Assembly (NCBI GenBank): GCA_965225945.1
Contig: CBDDBZ010000013.1
Span: 1 to 32,701 of the forward strand
From: Alphaproteobacteria bacterium
Lineage (GTDB): Bacteria > Pseudomonadota > Alphaproteobacteria > GCA-2731375
Length of the DNA: 32,701 bases
Reading direction: 5' to 3'
The notes under the pieces were generated by a model, which did no database searches, had not been told where the DNA came from, and was given only the letters and a program-made list of their open reading frames with translations. Positions 28,768 through 32,701 of the stretch are shown piece by piece; the stretch's first letter is position 1; the number at the start of each line of letters is the position of its first letter. Both the position numbers and the translations under genes were made by a program.

Positions 28768-30067
28768 GTGACGCGGCCGTCTGGCTCCACATCTCGTTTC
28801 CCCCATCCCGCCCGCGCCCTGGCCGGCGGGCTCGCGCTCCTGGTCGCCCTGCTGCTGGCGGCTGATCCGGTTCGCGCGGCCGAAGAGGTGAAGATCGGCG
28901 TCCTCTATCCGTTGAGCGGTTCCTCGGCGGCGGCCGGCAAGGCGGCGCTGGCGGCGGTGGAGGCCGCCGTCGACGTGGCGAACGGTGCCCATTACGGCGA
29001 ATTGCCGCTGGCGCGGAACGCGGGTCTCGCGGGGCTCGCCAATGCCAAGGTCAGGCTCGTCGTCGCCGACACGGGCGGCGAGCCGGTGCGCGGGCGGAGG
29101 GAGGCGGAACGGCTGATCGCGGAAGAGGGCGTGGTGGCCCTCCTCGGCGCCTACCACTCCAGCGTCACGGCGGCGGCGAGCGCGGCGGCGGAGCGGGCCG
29201 GCATTCCCTTCCTCACCGGCGAGTCCTCGGCCCCCGGCCTCACCCGGCGCGGCTTCCGCTGGTTTTTCCGCACCGGCCCGCATGACGGCCGCTATTCGAA
29301 GGTGATGTTCGACTTCCTGGAAGAATTCGCCAAACGGCGCGGGACCGCGCCGGCCCCCCGTCGCCATCCTGCACGAGGATTCCTCCTTCGGCGTCGAGAG
29401 CGGCCGGGTGCAGTCGGAACTGGCCCATGAGCGGGGCGTGGAGGAGGCCGCCAAGCTCGCCTACCGGGCCGAGACCACATCCCTCGTCGCCCAGCTCGTC
29501 ACCGCGATGGGCAGTGGGGCCAAGACCCTGTTGCCGACCGCTTATTCTAAGGACGCGCTGCTGATGATGCGGACCGTGAGCGAGCTTGGCTGGGTGCCCG
29601 AGATCGTACTGGCGCAGAACGCGGGCTTCATGGACCCGGCGGTGATGTCGGCGCTCGGCCCGCTGGCCGAGGGCATCATCTCCCGCGCGCCCTTCGCCAG
29701 CGACCTGGCCGATCGTCGGGCCTTGATCGAGGAAGTCGACACGCATTATCGCCGGCGCTCCGGCGGCACGGCGATCCACGACCCGCCGATCCGTGGGTTC
29801 GTCGGCGCCCTCGTATTGTTGTCGGCGATCGACCGGGCCGGCTCGAGCGAGCCCGAGGCGATCCACCAGGCGCTGCGCGAGACCTTCATTCCCGGCGAGG
29901 ACCTGCCGATGCCCTGGCGCCACGTTCGCTTCGACCCGGATGGGCAGAACGACGGCGTCACCGCGATCTTGGTGCAGTACCGGGACGGCGCCTACCACAC
30001 CATTTATCCCTTCGACATGGCGACGCGGGAGGTGCTGTTTCCCTATCCCGCCGGCGGAAGCGAGTGA
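28768..30067 (+). CDS. Branched-chain amino-acid-type ABC substrate-binding protein with one +1 frameshift (C6 run 29354-29359; possibly a sequencing error)
   Basis: Signal peptide, VKIGVLYPLSG, LGAYHSSVT, RGFRWFFRT. Removing one C gives APAPVAILHEDSSFG, continuing into ORF 29408-30067. Confidence 0.85.
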
Positions 30068-30077
30068 GGAGAGGCGC

Positions 30078-31313
30078 GTGAAGCACATTCTGGACGGCAT
30101 CACGGTCTTGGACTTCACCCAGTTCATCGCCGGCCCGGTGATGACCCGGGCGATGGCCGAGATGGGCGCCGAGGTGATCAAGGTGGAACTCGCCCCCCGG
30201 GGCGATTTCGCCCGCCAGATGCCGGTCATGAAGGACGGGCGCAGCGCCTACTATGTGCAACAGAACCAGGCCAAGCGCGGCCTCTGCCTCGACCTCAAGG
30301 ACCCACGGGCGTTGGAGCTGGTTAGGGGCCTGGTCACGAAGGCCGATGTGCTGGTGGAGAACTTCTCGCCCGGCACGATTGGCCGCCTCGGCCTCGGCTG
30401 GGAGGCGGTTCATGCGATCAACCCCCGCCTCATCATGTGCTCGATCTCCGCCTTCGGTCAGGAGGGGCCGCTCGCCGACCAGCCGGGCTTCGACTATATC
30501 GCCCAGGCCTATACCGGCGTCACGCACCTGATCGGCGAGCCGGGCGAGGCGCCGCCGGTGACGGGCGTGGCGATCGGCGACGTCGGCGCCGGCATTTCGG
30601 CCTTGGCCGCGGTCAACGGCGCGCTCTATCACCGCCTGGCCTCGGGCGGCGAGGGCCAGTATCTCGATATCGCACTGATCGACTTCTATTTCTATTCCCA
30701 CAGCCTCTCGGTCGAGGTCTGGAGCGCCAGCGGCGGCGCCATCCAGCCGAACCGCTCCGGCTCCCACCACCAGCACGTGGCCCCCGTCGGCGTCTTCAAG
30801 GGTAGCGAGGGCTTCCTCTTCATCTGCGCCGTCTCCGACGACATGTGGCAGCGCCTGGTCCGCGCCATGGGCCGGGACGACTTGGCGGACGACCCGCGTT
30901 TCGGCGGCCTCGTCCAGCGGCGCGAGAACCTGGAGCCCTTGGCCGAGATCATCGAGGGCTGGATCCAGGCCCAGACGAGCGACCAGGTGGCGCTGGAGAA
31001 AATGCAGGCCGAGCGGGTGCCGGTGGCCCCCGTGCTGGACGTCGCGCAAGCCATCCAGACCCCGCACCTGCAACAGCGCGGCACGGTCCGCACCGTGACC
31101 GACCCGATCGTCGGCAGCTACCAGATCCCGGGCGTGCCCTTGCGCTTCTCCGCCTTCCCCGAACCGGCGGCCGAGGGCGCCCCCTTCCTCGGCGAACACA
31201 ACCGCGACGTCCTGACCCGCCACCTTTCCATGCCGGCGGCGGAGATCGATGCCCTTGAGGCGGCGGGCGTCCTGGTATCGGAACCGATGCCGAAGGCCGA
31301 CGCGGCGGATTGA
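30078..31313 (+). CDS. Family III CoA transferase (CaiB/BaiF), 411 aa
   Basis: LDGITVLDFTQFIAGP, GAEVIKVE, DVLVENFSPG, GFDYIAQA, APFLGEHN. Confidence 0.95.
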   Translation: MKHILDGITVLDFTQFIAGPVMTRAMAEMGAEVIKVELAPRGDFARQMPVMKDGRSAYYVQQNQAKRGLCLDLKDPRALELVRGLVTKADVLVENFSPGTIGRLGLGWEAVHAINPRLIMCSISAFGQEGPLADQPGFDYIAQAYTGVTHLIGEPGEAPPVTGVAIGDVGAGISALAAVNGALYHRLASGGEGQYLDIALIDFYFYSHSLSVEVWSASGGAIQPNRSGSHHQHVAPVGVFKGSEGFLFICAVSDDMWQRLVRAMGRDDLADDPRFGGLVQRRENLEPLAEIIEGWIQAQTSDQVALEKMQAERVPVAPVLDVAQAIQTPHLQQRGTVRTVTDPIVGSYQIPGVPLRFSAFPEPAAEGAPFLGEHNRDVLTRHLSMPAAEIDALEAAGVLVSEPMPKADAAD

Positions 31314-31320
31314 CGCGGCC

Positions 31321-31798
31321 TCAGAGCGGAATCACCAACAGGGTGTCGATCCGCTTGTTGTCGAAGACGGCGAAGCGTTCGGCGAGGCGGAGTTGGCCGT
31401 CCTCGGTGACCAGGGCGGTCGAGATAACGCCCGACGCTGAAGAGCATGGCCGACCCATCGCGCATGATGCGGGTCACCTGGTAAGGGGTCTCCGCGCGGA
31501 TCGCGCCTTCCCCTATCTCGCGCACCAGCGGCGTGGACAGGATGCGTCGGTAGCGGTGCTCTTCGTAGATGTTGGCGTCGCGCAGCGCGGTGATGCGGTC
31601 TCGCATCATCGCCCGGCCGCGGCAGTCGATGACGCCCAAGGGCAGGCCCTGGCCGTGGTTTTCGGCCGAGATGATCTTGTAGCCGCCGTTTTCGGTGAAG
31701 AAGTCCGGCCATTCCTCGAAGCGGCCCTGGTCCAGGCAGTCCACGTAGCGGGCGTTCAGCGCCTCGATCGCCAGCCGGGCCTCCAGCGCCACTTCCAT
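31321..31798 (-). CDS. Ring-hydroxylating dioxygenase small subunit (AndAd/NagH-like) with a +1 frameshift at ~31413
   Basis: YVDCLD, WPDFF, MMRDRITALRDANIYE. The corrected end reads GRYLDRLVTEDGQLRLAERFAVFDNKRIDTLLVIPL*. Confidence 0.85.
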
Positions 31799-31799
31799 G

Positions 31800-32430
31800 C
31801 TATTCGCCCATGGCCCGGCGCCAGGCGCGCCAGAAGCCGCGCACCGAGGCTTCCGTCGCCCGGGTCTTCTGGCTTTCATCCCCAGCGCCGCCCATCTCGA
31901 CGATCGAGGCGGCGCCGCCCGCTCCCTCGATGCCGCGCTGGACGAAGCCGCCGACGGCGCCGTCTTCCAGGCTGATATAGCCGGCGGGGCCGATCAGGTT
32001 GGCCTGCTTCAACCGCATTTCGGTCATGGCCGCGTCGTCGTCCTCGAAGCCGAGCACGGTCCACAGCAGCTCCGTCTCGCAACGCCCTTGGGCAGGATCT
32101 GGCGCACGGCGATCGAGTTCTCCACCTGTTGCAGCACGAAATTCGGAAAGACCGTCAGGATCTGCACGTTGATGCCGTCGCCGAACTCGTCGACCGAGTC
32201 GAGGAGCGAGGGGTCGGCCAGGTCATAGTCGTCGCGGCTCGCCCTGAGCGTGTCGGAATCATATTCCTCGTTTGCATGGATGGTGCGACGGCGCGAGTAG
32301 CTCGCGTGGTTGCCGCCGCAATCGCTGACGATGACGCCGCCTTCGGAGGCCAGGCGCGGCCACTGTCGTTGGCCAGGCAGAGGAATTGCCAGCTCGGGCC
32401 CCGGAAGATCCGCGCCTGTTCGCGAGCGTG
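31800..32430 (-). pseudogene. Rieske dioxygenase large subunit (AndAc/NagG-like) lacking the Rieske domain
   Basis: REQARIFRGPSWQFLCL joins directly to EGGVIVS...[13 protein letters not shown]...[17 protein letters not shown]...EASVRGFW. No CxH...CxxH motif; further frameshift at ~32080. Confidence 0.85.
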
Positions 32431-32701
32431 CACGCCCGAATGGCCGCCCCGCCGAAATCGTTTCCGAGATGCCGCGAACGGCGAGCGATCAGCGTAATCG
32501 CGAGGCGCGAAACGCCTTGGCGATCAGCGCGGCGTGACCAGAATCGTCGGTTTCGCGGGGCTCGAGACAGCCGGGATCGCCACGATCGCGCAATGACGAA
32601 TTTGGCTTCCCCCCAAATTGTCGAATGATTTTCAACCCCTCAAGCCGGCGCGAAGACATCCTCGTGGGTTTTTTCCACGCCCGGCAGGGGGCGGGCTCGA
32701 A

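Overview
GC-rich bacterial DNA, most consistent with an alphaproteobacterium (inferred from gene families and motifs, not proven), in two parts. Part 1 (1-~15.4 kb) is a mobile-element-rich accessory island. It holds a YhaO/YhaN-type (SbcD/SbcC-like) nuclease-ATPase pair whose ATPase is split by an IS3-like element with a 14-bp target duplication, and a decayed IS110 recombinase whose left end recurs as an inverted copy. It also holds three IS1595-family elements nested inside one another; the middle one carries a translationally coupled cargo operon (291-aa unknown protein, PIN RNase, 58-aa protein, HTH-like protein). IS21 debris and an att-like boundary motif follow. Part 2 (~15.6-32.7 kb) is metabolic/housekeeping DNA: HD-GYP protein, DapA-family lyase, three alpha/beta hydrolases, retropepsin-like protease, TauD and PhyH dioxygenases, ADP-ribosylglycohydrolase, prfC, response regulator, acyl-CoA dehydrogenase, ABC binding protein, CoA transferase and a Rieske dioxygenase pair. 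Several loci have collapsed through internal deletions. Isolated +1 frameshifts in G/C runs may be sequencing errors. The best candidate for an undescribed system is the IS1595-borne 'large partner + PIN toxin' operon at 10463-13433. All family calls come from motif recognition by eye; no database searches were run.
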